Assembly: GCF_006345805.1 (NCBI RefSeq)
Contig: NW_021836474.1
Location: forward strand, 1 to 24,189
Direction: 5' to 3'
DNA length: 24,189 nucleotides
DNA from: Octopus sinensis
Lineage: Eukaryota
The notes under the pieces were generated by a model. The model had not been told where the DNA came from and did not search any database. It saw nothing but the letters and a program-made list of their open reading frames with translations. Both the position numbers and the translations under genes were made by a program. This document shows positions 10,433-22,332 of this stretch, piece by piece; position 1 is the stretch's first letter, and every line of letters starts with the position of its first letter.

Positions 10433-10613
10433 TCTTTTCAACTCTAGGCACAAGGCCTGAAACTTTTCGGGAGGGGTCCAGTATGCAACTGGTACTTAAT
10501 TTATTGACCCCGAAAGGATGAAAGGCAAAGTCGACCTCGGCGGAATTTGAACTCAGAACGTAAAGACAGACGAAATACCGCTAAGCATTTCGCCCGGTTT
10601 GCTAACGTTTCTG
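10433..10613 (-). mobile_element. SINE family A, second tandem copy, head-truncated
   Basis: Same body (ggcaaagtcgacctcggcggaatttgaactcagaac). It ends at gctaacgtttctg and has a small internal deletion. Confidence 0.9.
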
Positions 10614-11088
10614 ATACAAGTGTCTGTTCATTGGGAATAAATAATATATTAAGTCATCACTAGATTCGAATAGGGTGAACTATAACATATAAAGATGAAA
10701 TAAATAAAGTGATAATAAATAAGGTGGATACAGTAATTAATGTAATAATAAGAGTAAACAGGTTGAGTAAAAAAAAATCTGATAAAGGAAGTATATAAAG
10801 TTTAGTTTAATTAGTGATTAATTTTAATGGACTTTACGCATTATTTCTTAATCCTTTACTTACTATAAATACTCTACAATTGTCTGAATTATAAATTAAA
10901 TGCTTTTATAGTGACACTATATGTATTTCTTGTTCATTCTGTCTCTCTTATACACACATACATACATACATACATACATACATACATACATACATACATA
11001 CATACATACATACATACATACATACATACATACATACATACATACATACATACACATACACATATAAATATATATGTTGATCTTTTTT

Positions 11089-11496
11089 TCTTTTACCTGT
11101 TTCAGTCATTAGATTGCGGTGAGTACTTTCTTTTTTAAGTCCGCTACTTATTCCATCGGTGTATTTTGCCAAACCGCTAGGTTACGGAGACGTAAAATCT
11201 AGCACCGGTTGTCAAGAGGGAGAAGGGGACCAGCTAGAGACACAAAGATACCCCCATACACACACACACACATGCATACACACACACAAACACACACATA
11301 CACGTATATATATATACCGATGATGGTTACCGATGATGTTTTCGGATTATGGCCGCTGTTGCTTAGTGAGTGGGATTGACTCAGTGCACAGCCTTTCCTT
11401 ACTTTAAAAAAAATATTCTTGCACAGGCATTGCACGATAACAACATTGATTAAGCTTCGTGCAATGGCCATACTCGATAACGAGGGGGCAGCCACC

Positions 11497-11529
<33 letters not shown>

Positions 11530-11558
11530 CGACGGACTTCTTTTAGTCTTACAAATCC
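11089..11558 (-). mobile_element. SINE family B, diverged copy interrupted in its microsatellite linker
   Basis: 3' half at 11089-11250 (gtttcagtcatt...ccgctaggttacgg...ggttgtcaag). It resumes briefly at 11527-11558 (atacgacggacttcttt). Confidence 0.75.
11317..11498 (-). mobile_element. Unclassified ~180-bp insert between two (TA)n runs
   Basis: Non-microsatellite sequence flanked by (TA)n on both sides, with an internal 10-bp inverted repeat and a short tandem ccgatgatg repeat at one end. Confidence 0.45.
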
Positions 11559-13929
11559 ATTATGCACGCATACGCACAGATACATACACACGCATATATG
11601 CGTGTGTGTATGTATGTATGTGTGTATGTATGTATGTATGTATGTATGTATGTATGTATGTATGTATGTATCGATTCGATTTTGTTAGTATGATATTACG
11701 ATCTAACATGTTTATTAATGTTATAGACAACCATTAATATTCATTACTGAAGAAATATACTATCAATAAAAATTTGCAAACCGTTTGTTTGAAACATTTC
11801 CATAATCTGCCACACAGTAGAAGAGGTATGTATTTATACTCATCGGGTGGTAAAGCTTATGTAAATAGGCGACCCCATTTTGTTTACATTTCCATGCAAT
11901 TTTCATTTTAACATCATAAACCTTTAATGTTTTAATATTTATTGATGAATATATTATTTGAAAGGTGTTACTTAAATAGTAAATTAGTTATTCTTGCTAT
12001 TGTTGTTGACGTGTTCTGGTTGGAGAGTTACGATAATCCAGCGAATATAATGGATAATAAAATATGAATAATGAATAAATTTTCAATTATGTATACATAG
12101 ATACTCATCCATACATATACACGTGTACATACAAATATGAACGTGTGAATGTGTATGAAATTTGCCCAGTAGGAAGCTGGAATTATCATAATTCAAATGA
12201 ATTGGGTTGGGTAAAGTGGATATGTGGTAAAAGGTTCTATTAGTCGCGCAAGGGCCCGTATAGAGAGGTCTTCTGTTTCACTTGCAACTAATAAGCATAT
12301 ATATGCATATTAATATGAACATTTGAAACAGCTTTGGGTTAATATAACAATGAGTAGAAAATTTATAACGTATATACAAACGTAGAATGATCCTAGCTGA
12401 AATATTTTGTCTCAGACAAACTTCTCAAAGGGTCTTGAGTGTTACAAAAAAAGAAAAAAGAAAGAAAAAGATCGATCGTTATATGGCATCAGCAACAATG
12501 AAGAAAATGTTTATATAACAAATATCAAAGAATATGATTTGACTTTATGTTAATAAGGAAGCAGAGACTCAATAAGTGCAAACGTATAGAAGAATCACCA
12601 GGTAGTTTACAAATAATTTCCAGTCACCTGTAAGAACCTGTGAATAACAGAATGCGGTTTGAAAGAATACAAAATAATATTAGGATACATGTAGTTCTTT
12701 GAGGAACTTCTAAAATGTCAAAGAACTTTCAATGAATTCCAAAGAATTCTAAAGAAAGTCTACTTATGTAATTGTATTGTGGCTAGTCTTGTTTTGGTGA
12801 TGATATTTTGAAACTAACTCAATCCCTGAATTCAGCCGATTATCGGAAGATGTCAAAATGAGTAATTTTTAAAGTTGTGTTTGAACAGCTCGATCCAGAT
12901 TCTCCAGAATATGATTGGAAAAATTCAACCATTAATCCTTTGAAAAAACGATTTAATATTGAGAGAAAGACAAAAGGAGACTAGAGTTTAGTAATGGTTT
13001 TCAACTGCTTACGAAGTACCTTTTCAACAACAGTTGGCTACTAGAGAACCTTTGACACAATATGCAACTGAAATACTTGTTCACTATTACAAGACACGAC
13101 CCCTTGTGCGAATATGATATACCTAGGATACCTTCAAAATCATTACAAATACACACAGGAAAACTAAAGTTATAAGATTAATTGTGATACCTTAACACTA
13201 AGTATCAAATTTACAATAAATGAGCAGGCAGAATGTTTAGCGTTCCACAAAGTAATAATACTTCTAAGCGTTCACAAAGACAAGTGTGAAGCTTATCCTA
13301 AATGTGGGTTCATGAACCCGGAAAAGAGTAAATGAGGTGTAGTTAGGAAACATGTTTTAGATGCAATTATCAGAAATCAGTCAAGCTTAGAATTACCTCT
13401 ATGGAATAATAGGTAGTCATTTATTATCTATTCGATTTCAATAAATAGATAATAAACGTAGTAAAAAGTTGAACTAGATTGATATAGTAAATTTTTGCTC
13501 GTTCATTTCTTCTTAGCAGAAATTTTACCACTTTGACATTAACACTATCATGCATGTCAGGAAGTTTTTTTTACTACTTTTGAAGACTGTGCTTCGCTAA
13601 AGTGCAATACCAACGAAACTTTTTATTTAGCTACGGGATTGTATGATGATGATGATGATGTTGTTGATCGTGGAAGAGTGATTTTATATATTTTTGATTA
13701 TCTCCGGGAAAATCTAGCCTCACAGACTTTCGGTATTACTGATGACTTTTTTAATCCCTGCCATATGAACGGCCAGCAGTCATACAGGCTTAAGAAAATT
13801 CTACATTACCAATAGCAATGTAGTCATTTCCTTATTTTTTTCTTTTAGATATTACATTAGACTTAAGCATAAGTAAATATTTCCCAAATTGGGAGTTTAA
13901 TTATTGGTGCATAAGACAGTTGTTAATCG

Positions 13930-14184
13930 TGCAAAACTCTACTACTATAATGTCTTGAAACACAATATCTACCACATGTTAACTCCTCAAAAAACAATAC
14001 GAGACTACCCAGGCGCTACATTATTTGGTTTAATCCTGTGCATAGCCTGAGTGTGGCATCAAACTTCATCAGAACTTTCTTCAGCCTGACCCAGTATTTC
14101 TCTATTGGCCACAGGTTTCATCAAATATTCAACCAGAACACTTTGAAAGTTAGCTTCAATCGTGCTAACGGCCTCAAAGGATAA
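13930..14184 (+). mobile_element. Penelope-like element (PLE) ORF remnant, RT-thumb to GIY-YIG linker
   Basis: YYNVLKHNIY../NSSKNNTRLPRRYIIWFNPVHSLSVASNFIRTFFSLTQYFSIGHRFHQIFNQNTLKVSFNR* matches the PLE pattern R.IIWFNPP(Y/F)S..V..N....F......H.L..IFN.NT.K.SY. Confidence 0.75.
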
Positions 14185-14294
14185 TCAGAAAAACTACAGC
14201 GAAACAGTTCCATGTTTACCAACATTTATATATGTCTGTCTGCCTGCCTGTCTGCCTGTATGTATGTATGTAGGTAGGTAGGTAGGTAGGTATA

Positions 14295-14590
14295 TGATGG
14301 ACTCTGCCGTCGAAAATGACGTATGAGTATTCAGTTGCTTTTTTTTGCCGAACGACATGCACAAAAGGTTTGTTTATAGTGATCAAATTTATGTGCTGTG
14401 CATTAGCTCACCCCCTCCATCAAATCGACGTTGCCTGAACAGGAGCACAGTGTGCCACGCATTGGGCATCGAAGCGATTGCAGAGCATTGTGAGATGAAG
14501 TACTTTGCTCAAGAACGCAACGCACCACCCGGTCTAGGATTTGAAACCATGATCTCGCGATTGTGAGTGCAACATCCTGACCACTAGGCC
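14295..14590 (-). mobile_element. tRNA-derived SINE family C
   Basis: Minus strand reads ggcctagtggtcagg (A box)...ggtttcaaatcc (B box, 14548-14537), then tgcgttcttgagcaaagtactt, which resembles the GTGTCCTTGAGCAAG-type body motif. Confidence 0.8.
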
Positions 14591-14592
14591 AG

Positions 14593-14623
<31 letters not shown>

Positions 14624-15135
14624 TATATATTACATTATCTCCGATGAAATTGGCTCAGTCGATGTCAGAAAGATCGTTTGCTAACTTTTAGTGACGCTTT
14701 ACATAAATATTTGAGTGGTTTGTAGAAGAAATCTACCCTATAGACATTAAAACCTGCAAGTTACTAACATCAAATGGAAGCATCTACAGAAATAGTGATA
14801 TCGACAAACTCTACCAAAGAAGAGATAAAGGAGGTAGAGGATTGAGATCAGTGCAGACAGCCTTTGAGTGTCATATAGTCTCTCACAGACAGCACTTGCT
14901 AAACAACATCAGCAAAATTAAATGCATCAACTTAGTACTGAAAAGTGAAGAGAACAATATCCTAAGTGTTGGCAGCGAGCTCCTCAGGAAACAATCTCTT
15001 CCTGGTGACCTCCCATCCAACCCCAAAACAGCCGGACTAACATATCTCAAAGAAGACCTTGATGTGAAATGCTCAGCATATCAAAAAAGGACATGCATTG
15101 GTATGTTTCCCAAAGGCTTGAAGAAGAAAGTAATA

Positions 15136-15360
15136 TTAGTTTCAAATCTTGGCAAAGGCCAGACATTCCGGGAGGAGGTAAGTGAATGACATCGACTCCA
15201 CACTTCCCCCCGTATTCAACTGGTACTTATTTTATCGACCCCAAAATGATGACAGGTAAAGTCAACATTGGTGGAATTTGAACTCAGAACGTACAGACGG
15301 ACGAAATGCCGCTAAGCATTATACCTGGCGTGCTAACAGTTCTGCCACCTCACCGTCCTA
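15136..15360 (-). mobile_element. SINE family A (tail type 3) nested in the R4-like relic, 16-bp TSD
   Basis: TSD gaagaaga(a/g)agtaata at 15120-15135 and 15361-15376. Body actggtacttattttatcgacccc...ggaatttgaactcagaac. Confidence 0.9.
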
Positions 15361-15813
15361 GAAGAAGAGAGTAATACTGATATGAAGCGAAACCTCTCTT
15401 GGACTCGTGACCGCAGCATCTCATCAAACATCTAAGGCTGTGCATTTGCAACACAAGAACAGAATATTGTTACGAAATACCTATTCAACAAAAGTGACAG
15501 TGAAGCCCTTGGTGTTCCAAGATGTAACCGAAAATGTAGATTATGTCATATTTCTTTGGAAGACGTCTCAGTTGTGATTAGCAGCTTGTCAAAATTGTCA
15601 TCAAGGTACTACCTCCCTATGCGACACGACGTTGTCGCAAAAGTACTATACAATGCCATTCAGAAAAAAAAAAAGAGACTGTCCTGGAATCAATACAGAG
15701 AATCCACTCATTATTGAATACACACACAAACAACAGCAGAAGTAATACTGGTGAAACATTTCCATCAAAACATCCGTCAAGTGTGAACCATCATAGAGGT
15801 CAGCTGTCCTACT

Positions 15814-16275
15814 CTTTTACTCTTTTACTTGTTTCAGTCATTTGACTGTAGCCATGCTGGAGCACCGCCTTTAATTGAGCAAATCGACCCCAGGACTTAT
15901 TCTTTAAAAGCCTAGTACTTATTCTATCGGTCTTTTTTACCGAACCGCTAAGTTACGGGGATGTAAACACACCAGCATCGGTTGTCAAGCGATGTTAGGA
16001 GGGCAAACACAGACACACAAACATATACACACACATACATACATATACATATATATGTATATATATGTATATATATATTATATATATATATATATTATAT
16101 ATATATACATATATACGACAGGCTTCTTTCAGTTTCCATCTACCAAATCCACTTACAAAGCTTTGGTCGGCCCGAGGCTATAGTAGAAGACACTTGCACA
16201 AGGTGCCACGCAGTGGACTGAACCCGGAACTATGTGGTTGGTAAGCAAGCTACTTACCACACAGCCACTCCAGCG
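15814..16275 (-). mobile_element. SINE family B, full length, nested in the R4-like relic
   Basis: A box tggctgtgtggtaag, B box gggttcagtcc, CORE-like caccttg(t/g)gcaagtg, internal (TA/TG)n linker and (gtaaaaga)n tail. Flanked by cctact at 15808-15813 and 16276-16281. Confidence 0.95.
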
Positions 16276-16679
16276 CCTACTGCCGTAAATATCACTTTGA
16301 AAGAGGATAACTATGGACAACTGCTTCAAAAACCCCAGCTTCTATATCCAGATTATAAGTTCACATTTATACCAATAATAATTGGTGCACAAGGATTTGT
16401 GAGTAAATGCCTAAGCGACAATCTGGATAAACTTGGATTTTCAGAAAAAGAAATCAACCGACTAACTCGCACGTTATAAGTTCAATCTGTAAGTAAAACA
16501 GTAAAAACATGCAAGACTGTTCTCAAGTTTATAATGTGAGATATAATTCATTTAATGGAATAACATTGCTCGAAACGCATACATACATACAAGCATATAT
16601 TCATACATACATACACACATTAATACATACATACATTAATACATACATACATACATACATACATACATACATACATACA

Positions 16680-16710
<31 letters not shown>

Positions 16711-17804
16711 GCAAAGACATACATATATACATAAATACGGCAGCAACACTGATAACGTATTAAGCAATATTAGAAACCAGCCAAATGAAAACTGTAACCA
16801 TTAGCAAATTAAAGAACCCAAATCAATGTATATAAACCAGTCCGATTATTGAAAAACGACAGTTCTCACCTGGAGATCGAATGGACGTGAAACTCGAGCA
16901 GTGAGAAAAAGAATCTAGTTTATTTAGCAGTGAATCTGCATCGAGACAACTAACTGTGATCGTCAGGTATGTTACACAAGCTGGAAAATATTCTAGCAGC
17001 ATGCAAGACATCCTTGTTGGAACATACCTGGTGCCATATCCAAGTTTTGAACATTCTTTCAATGCACTAAAGCAGAAGCAGCACTGCGATGTGAATCATC
17101 ATCCGATTGTTTTCCTCAAGGAAGAGGCAGAAAGATAATGCAAATCTATATGCAAATAAAAGCCAATATCTAACTATCTAAATAATGCCAATGACTGAAA
17201 TGTGGGGGTGGATCTGAAGAAAATGCTTGTGTTTCTCAGTTATATTACAACAATAGGGCATAATTTGACCAAACAAACACAGTGGTGATTGTAGAGTAGA
17301 TCGTACCTTCGGAAGTCTATATGGAAATGTTATGAAACGAACTGCTTAAAATATGAGGTACCGAGAGAAGCGTATAAGGTATGTGTAGTATTTCCAGTGG
17401 AGATGGGATATTGTGGGCCCGGATCTAGTTGGCCGATATTGCACTTGGAAGGAAAGAAGGAGAAAGGATTTAGGAACTGCAGAAGAAAGAAGAGACAGTT
17501 TTATCATGGTTAAAACTGAGATATATTAGAGGTAGAGCACAGGTGAGATTGGCAACTATATCTTCAACAAGAATTAAAATGAACGTTGGGTGGTTAAAGA
17601 AGCCTCCTAGTTTGGTAGGGTGATTATACAGGCGAAAGACGAGAAATAAAACCTTGCTATGTTTTCGACCAGAAGAATCTGGATATTCTCTAGTAGCAAC
17701 GTTGCTACACGGTTCCGAAATTGGAAAGGATACAAATATATCGTGGGGAATCATTGTGATCACCAGTCGACCAATAATGAAAGGTATGACTAGCAGTGCA
17801 AGTT

Positions 17805-17946
17805 CAGTGTATGTGTGTGTGTGTGAGTGTGTGTGTGTGTGTGCGAGCGTGTGTGTATGAGCGCGTACGTGTACGTGCGTGTGTGTGTAGTATATATGTG
17901 GGGGGCACGAGCGCGTGTATGTGTGTGTAGATAGATAGATAGATAG

Positions 17947-18012
<66 letters not shown>

Positions 18013-18025
18013 TAGATAGATATAA
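17805..18025. repeat. (GT)n then (GATA)n microsatellite
   Basis: Directly visible. Confidence 0.95.
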
Positions 18026-18460
18026 ACTCAGTTGGGTGGTTGAATCAACAGTCGTGTTTTACATTGAATATAGAAAAGAGGAGAGTAAAAATAGACAGAG
18101 AGAGGGTTAACATAAGGGGTTTTATTATGGGTGTTTTATGACTTTCTGAAAAATAAAACTTTTTTAGATTAAATTTTACAGAGATGAAGGAGATTGCAAC
18201 TACGTTGATAACATTTCAAAAATTAAAAACATATTTATTATAAAAATGCACATGAAAAATTTGTTTCATTATATTTCATATTAAAGCATTAAGTTATTTT
18301 TTTGAAAGTTGCTGTGTTCACTAAGCCATTTTGTATAAGCAACGAGGAATTTTGTCAAAAGCTAATTTATAATTATTTTACATATACCATGTTTCTGGAC
18401 ATGTCCGACAAAGGTAAAATTTAAACGTCGCATGACGGATTACACTTTAGTATAGATATA

Positions 18461-18660
18461 TCTTTTATCTTTTATCTTGTACTCCTTTCAGTCATTAGGT
18501 TGCAACCATGCTGAGGCACTGCATGTATCGACCCCAGTACTTTTTTTAAAGCTTGCTACTTATTCTATCGGCCTCTTTTGCCGAACCGCTAAGTTACAGG
18601 GACCTAAGCACACCAGCACCGGTTGTCAAGTGGTGGAGGAGGACAAACACAGACACAAAC
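18461..18660 (-). mobile_element. SINE family B, 3' half
   Basis: ttcagtcatt...catgctg...atcgaccccag...tacttattctatcggcctcttttgccgaaccgctaagttac...ggttgtcaag...ggacaaacacagacac. The tail unit here is (ataaaag)n. Confidence 0.88.
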
Positions 18661-18879
18661 ACACACACACACTCTCTCAAATACATATATACACACACAT
18701 TGTGCAATTGGAAGATCGTTGACTGTCCTGACTTTCATCCGTCCTTTAACAGGTTTTGATTTTCATAATGCACACACACACACACCACACACACATATAT
18801 AGATATCTATTATATATCTATATATATATATATTATATATATAATATACATATATATATTATTATATATATATATATAT

Positions 18880-19135
18880 AACGGGAAAGCTTTATGAAAA
18901 ATAAACAAAAGACGAAGGCATGTGGAAAACACACGAACAATTGTATTAGTATGGCGCTCAAGAAATATAAATAAAAAACAATCTTAAATAACGTTTCGAG
19001 CCTACGCTCTTCAACAGAAAGATAACACCGAGAAGAGAGAAAACACAGACAAAGAAGAGACGAAAAAAATTTACAACGATGATTAATAAGTCTGTATAGA
19101 AAGAAGTTTTTTTCTTTCTTTATCCAAGCGTACAC
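18880..19135 (-). mobile_element. Probable Penelope-like terminal repeat (pLTR) carrying a hammerhead-like motif
   Basis: Minus strand 19023-18981 reads atcttt-ctgttga-a-gagc-gtag-gctc-gaaa-cgtt-atttaagat, within strongly strand-biased purine/pyrimidine sequence. Confidence 0.5.
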
Positions 19136-19256
19136 CAGTTTTACACTAATAGCGATTGACGATTCTGGAAATTTTTCACGTGTGTATGCACTAATTTTTA
19201 TCGCTGGTTCCTCTTCAATCTTACTACTTTAATTCTATGAAATTCCAGTTCCCGTT

Positions 19257-19735
<479 letters not shown>

Positions 19736-20110
19736 TTGGATACCTTGAGTTCTCATTTTTAGAGACCATTTAGAAGATTTTAAAAAGTTCATTCCAATGC
19801 AGAATGCACTTATTTCACAATAACGACGACATTAATTTCTGCCTCAAAATGTGGTGATTACACACATGCGCGTTTTGCCAAGCGAGGGAATGAATGGAAA
19901 GATCTAATTGAGAAGTAAGGGAAATGTTTCTAGCCATCCTTATTTTGCCGAAACAATCTGAGACAGAATGGCCCTGTGACAAAGGAAACTATTTTTTATA
20001 TCTCGATTCCTCATTGAACAAAAAGAAGGTATAAAACTAATCTCTGCCTTTTGAAAGATACAGTGGGTTTTTCATGTCCCTGAAAGAATAATTGTAATGC
20101 AGCTCTAATC

Positions 20111-20345
20111 TATTTCTTTACTACCCACAAGGGGCTAAACAGAGAGAGGACAAACAAGGACAGACAAACGGATTAAGTCGATTATATCGACCCCAGTGCG
20201 TAACTGGTACTTAAGTTATCGACCCCGAAAGGATGAAAGGCAAAGTCGACCTCGGCGGAATTTGAACTCAGAACGTAACGGCAGACGAAATACGCCTATG
20301 CATTTCGTCCGGCGTGCTAACGATTCTGCCAGCTCGCCGCCGTGG
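20111..20345 (-). mobile_element. SINE family A (tail type 2) with perfect 15-bp TSD
   Basis: TSD aatgcagctctaatc at 20096-20110 and 20346-20360. Intact A box (tggcagaatcgttag) and B box (gagttcaaattcc). Confidence 0.95.
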
Positions 20346-20772
20346 AATGCAGCTCTAATCATTGTGTGGAATAACATATCCCTCGTCAACTGAAGACGCA
20401 ATCGAAACATAGGCATAATATTCAAAATAGAAAGCAAGGCGAAAAATCTGGCTTATCTGGTGCGTTACACTCCTTTGTTTATTTGTTTGTGTGTGTGTGT
20501 GTGTGTATACGTACGCATGTGTGAATTTACAAAAAAGATAAGAAATAGGGTTAACAATTTAAAGGCAGTGAGTTCAAATCAGGTGCAGTTATTCGGTTGT
20601 ATTTCCGCACACAACCCTTTATTCTACATTTTCGCTCTTCGTTTGACTTTATTTACCAGAACATATGAGGTTGCTGGCGAATGTTGCAAGAAAGAATCTA
20701 AAAATCCAGTTTTCATTGATATATATAATGTGGACGGATAATAAACATCTTAATCGTAATGTTTTACACATT

Positions 20773-20968
20773 GGTTTCAAGTTTTAACACAAGGCCATCA
20801 ATTCTAGGGAGGCATAAGTCAATTACATTGACCCCCAGTACTCAACTGGTACTTATTTTATCGACCTCGAAAGGATGAAAGGCAAAGTCGAATCAGAACG
20901 TAAAGATGGACGAAATGCCGCTAAGCATATTGTCCGGCGTGCTAACGACCTTACCATCTTGACGCCTT
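20773..20968 (-). mobile_element. SINE family A (tail type 3), B box deleted
   Basis: aaagtcga|atcagaac lacks about 17 nt that include the B box. Decayed 18-bp TSD, 14/18 match (20755-20772 and 20969-20986). Confidence 0.85.
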
Positions 20969-21114
20969 CGTACCTTTTTACATATTACTAACATATTTCG
21001 TGCATTTTATCCGTTTTTTCTAGTTGTAGGTCAGTCATTAAGTAACATATCTACGAACAAAGATTGGTATTCTATCAGTGGCAATCCTAAATGTTATACA
21101 CATAGGAGTTATAC

Positions 21115-21536
21115 ACGTAGGAGTGGCTGCGTGGTAAGTAGCTTGCTTACCAACCACATAGGTCCGGGTTCAGTCCCACTGCGTGGCACCTTGGGCAAGT
21201 GTCTTCTACTATAGCCTCGGGCCGGCCAAAGCCTTGTGAGTGGATTTGGTAGACGGAAACTGAAAGAAGCACGTCGTATATGTGTATATATGTGTATATA
21301 AATGTATATGTGTATGTGCGTGTATATGTTTGTGTGTCTGTGTTTGTCCCCAACGTCGCTTGACAACCGATGCTGGTGTGTTAACGTCCCTGTAACGTAG
21401 CGGTTCGGCAAAACAGACCGATATAATAAATACTAGACTTACAAAGAATAAGTCCTGGGGTCGATTTACTCGACTAAAGGCGGTGCTCCAGCATGGCCGC
21501 AGTCAAATTACTGAACAAGTAAAAGAGTAAAGAGAG
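21115..21536 (+). mobile_element. SINE family B, full length
   Basis: gagtggctgcgtggtaag (A box), gggttcagtccc (B box), caccttgggcaagtg, microsatellite linker, ggcggtgctccagcatggcc and gtaaaaga tail repeats. Confidence 0.95.
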
Positions 21537-21999
21537 TATATTACTGAATTTAAAACTAAATTATCTACTGTAACTTTCCATCTATAGTACAATAAGATGT
21601 GATTTGAGCGAGTTTAGCTGTTATTTTAAACAGGTCAGGCAACAACAGAGCTTCCTTCGTCAGCTCAGTGTCTGCTAGCGATGAAGAGAAATTTAATATC
21701 TGGGATTTTATATTTAAACCCTGCTAGCTTATATTTGATAGGAGTACATGTGTTCTGTTTGATGAATTTATCGATAACATGTTCGTCAGTTCAATAGGCA
21801 GGATACAAACGCTTTATATGATATGTTTCCTTTTTAGAGAATGTTGTGGCCAATTTTTTGTGGCGAAATTTGTTTCAGTACTTCCAGCTTATAGACTCAT
21901 ACCTATATTGTATATTATGTTCTATTAAGTTATATTGATAATTGTATATATTTACACTTATATATGTGCGCCTTATTTTGTATATAAATATTTATTCTT

Positions 22000-22045
22000 A
22001 GTTCACAGACGTATGTATATATATATTATATATATATAATATATA

Positions 22046-22084
<39 letters not shown>

Positions 22085-22107
22085 GCATGTAAGTATGTGT
22101 GTATACG

Positions 22108-22149
<42 letters not shown>

Positions 22150-22173
22150 TATATATGTATTTCTATGTGTATA

Positions 22174-22204
<31 letters not shown>

Positions 22205-22332
22205 GTGTATATATTATTATATATATAATATATATATATATATAATAACAATTAATAAATAAAACATATGCATACATACTACCATACATGCATATGTGTA
22301 CATACCTAGATCTGTATGTATATATACATGCA
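22000..22332. repeat. (TA)n-dominated microsatellite block
   Basis: Directly visible. Confidence 0.95.

Larger units (their letters stand above)
14630..16539 (+). mobile_element. R4/Dong-like (RLE-type) non-LTR retrotransposon relic, 3' portion of ORF, interrupted by two SINEs
   Basis: EWFVEEIYPIDIKTCKLLTSNGSIYRNSDIDKLYQRRDKGGRGLRSVQ (RT thumb). MHWYVSQRLEEESNTDMKRNLSW...QEQNIVTKYL. CRLC (15535-15546)...YYLPMRHDVVAKVLY (decayed CCHC knuckle). IIEVSCP/AVNITLKEDNYGQL...FIPIIIGAQGFVSKCL...KTVLKFIM* (RLE endonuclease). Confidence 0.9.

Noticed and set aside
14530-14590. tRNA genes at A/B-box sites (also 10300-10380, 16210-16275, 20260-20345, 21120-21180)
   Set aside because: No cloverleaf, and each continues into a SINE body, so these are SINE heads.
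17693-17708. Perfect 16-bp palindrome gtagcaacgttgctac
   Set aside because: Roughly one such palindrome is expected by chance in 24 kb, and there is no supporting context.
17470-17763. Minus-strand 97-aa ORF faintly like an APE endonuclease (YNHP ~ YRPP, LSFNH ~ GDFN)
   Set aside because: Key catalytic residues do not match. It cannot be supported without an HMM search.
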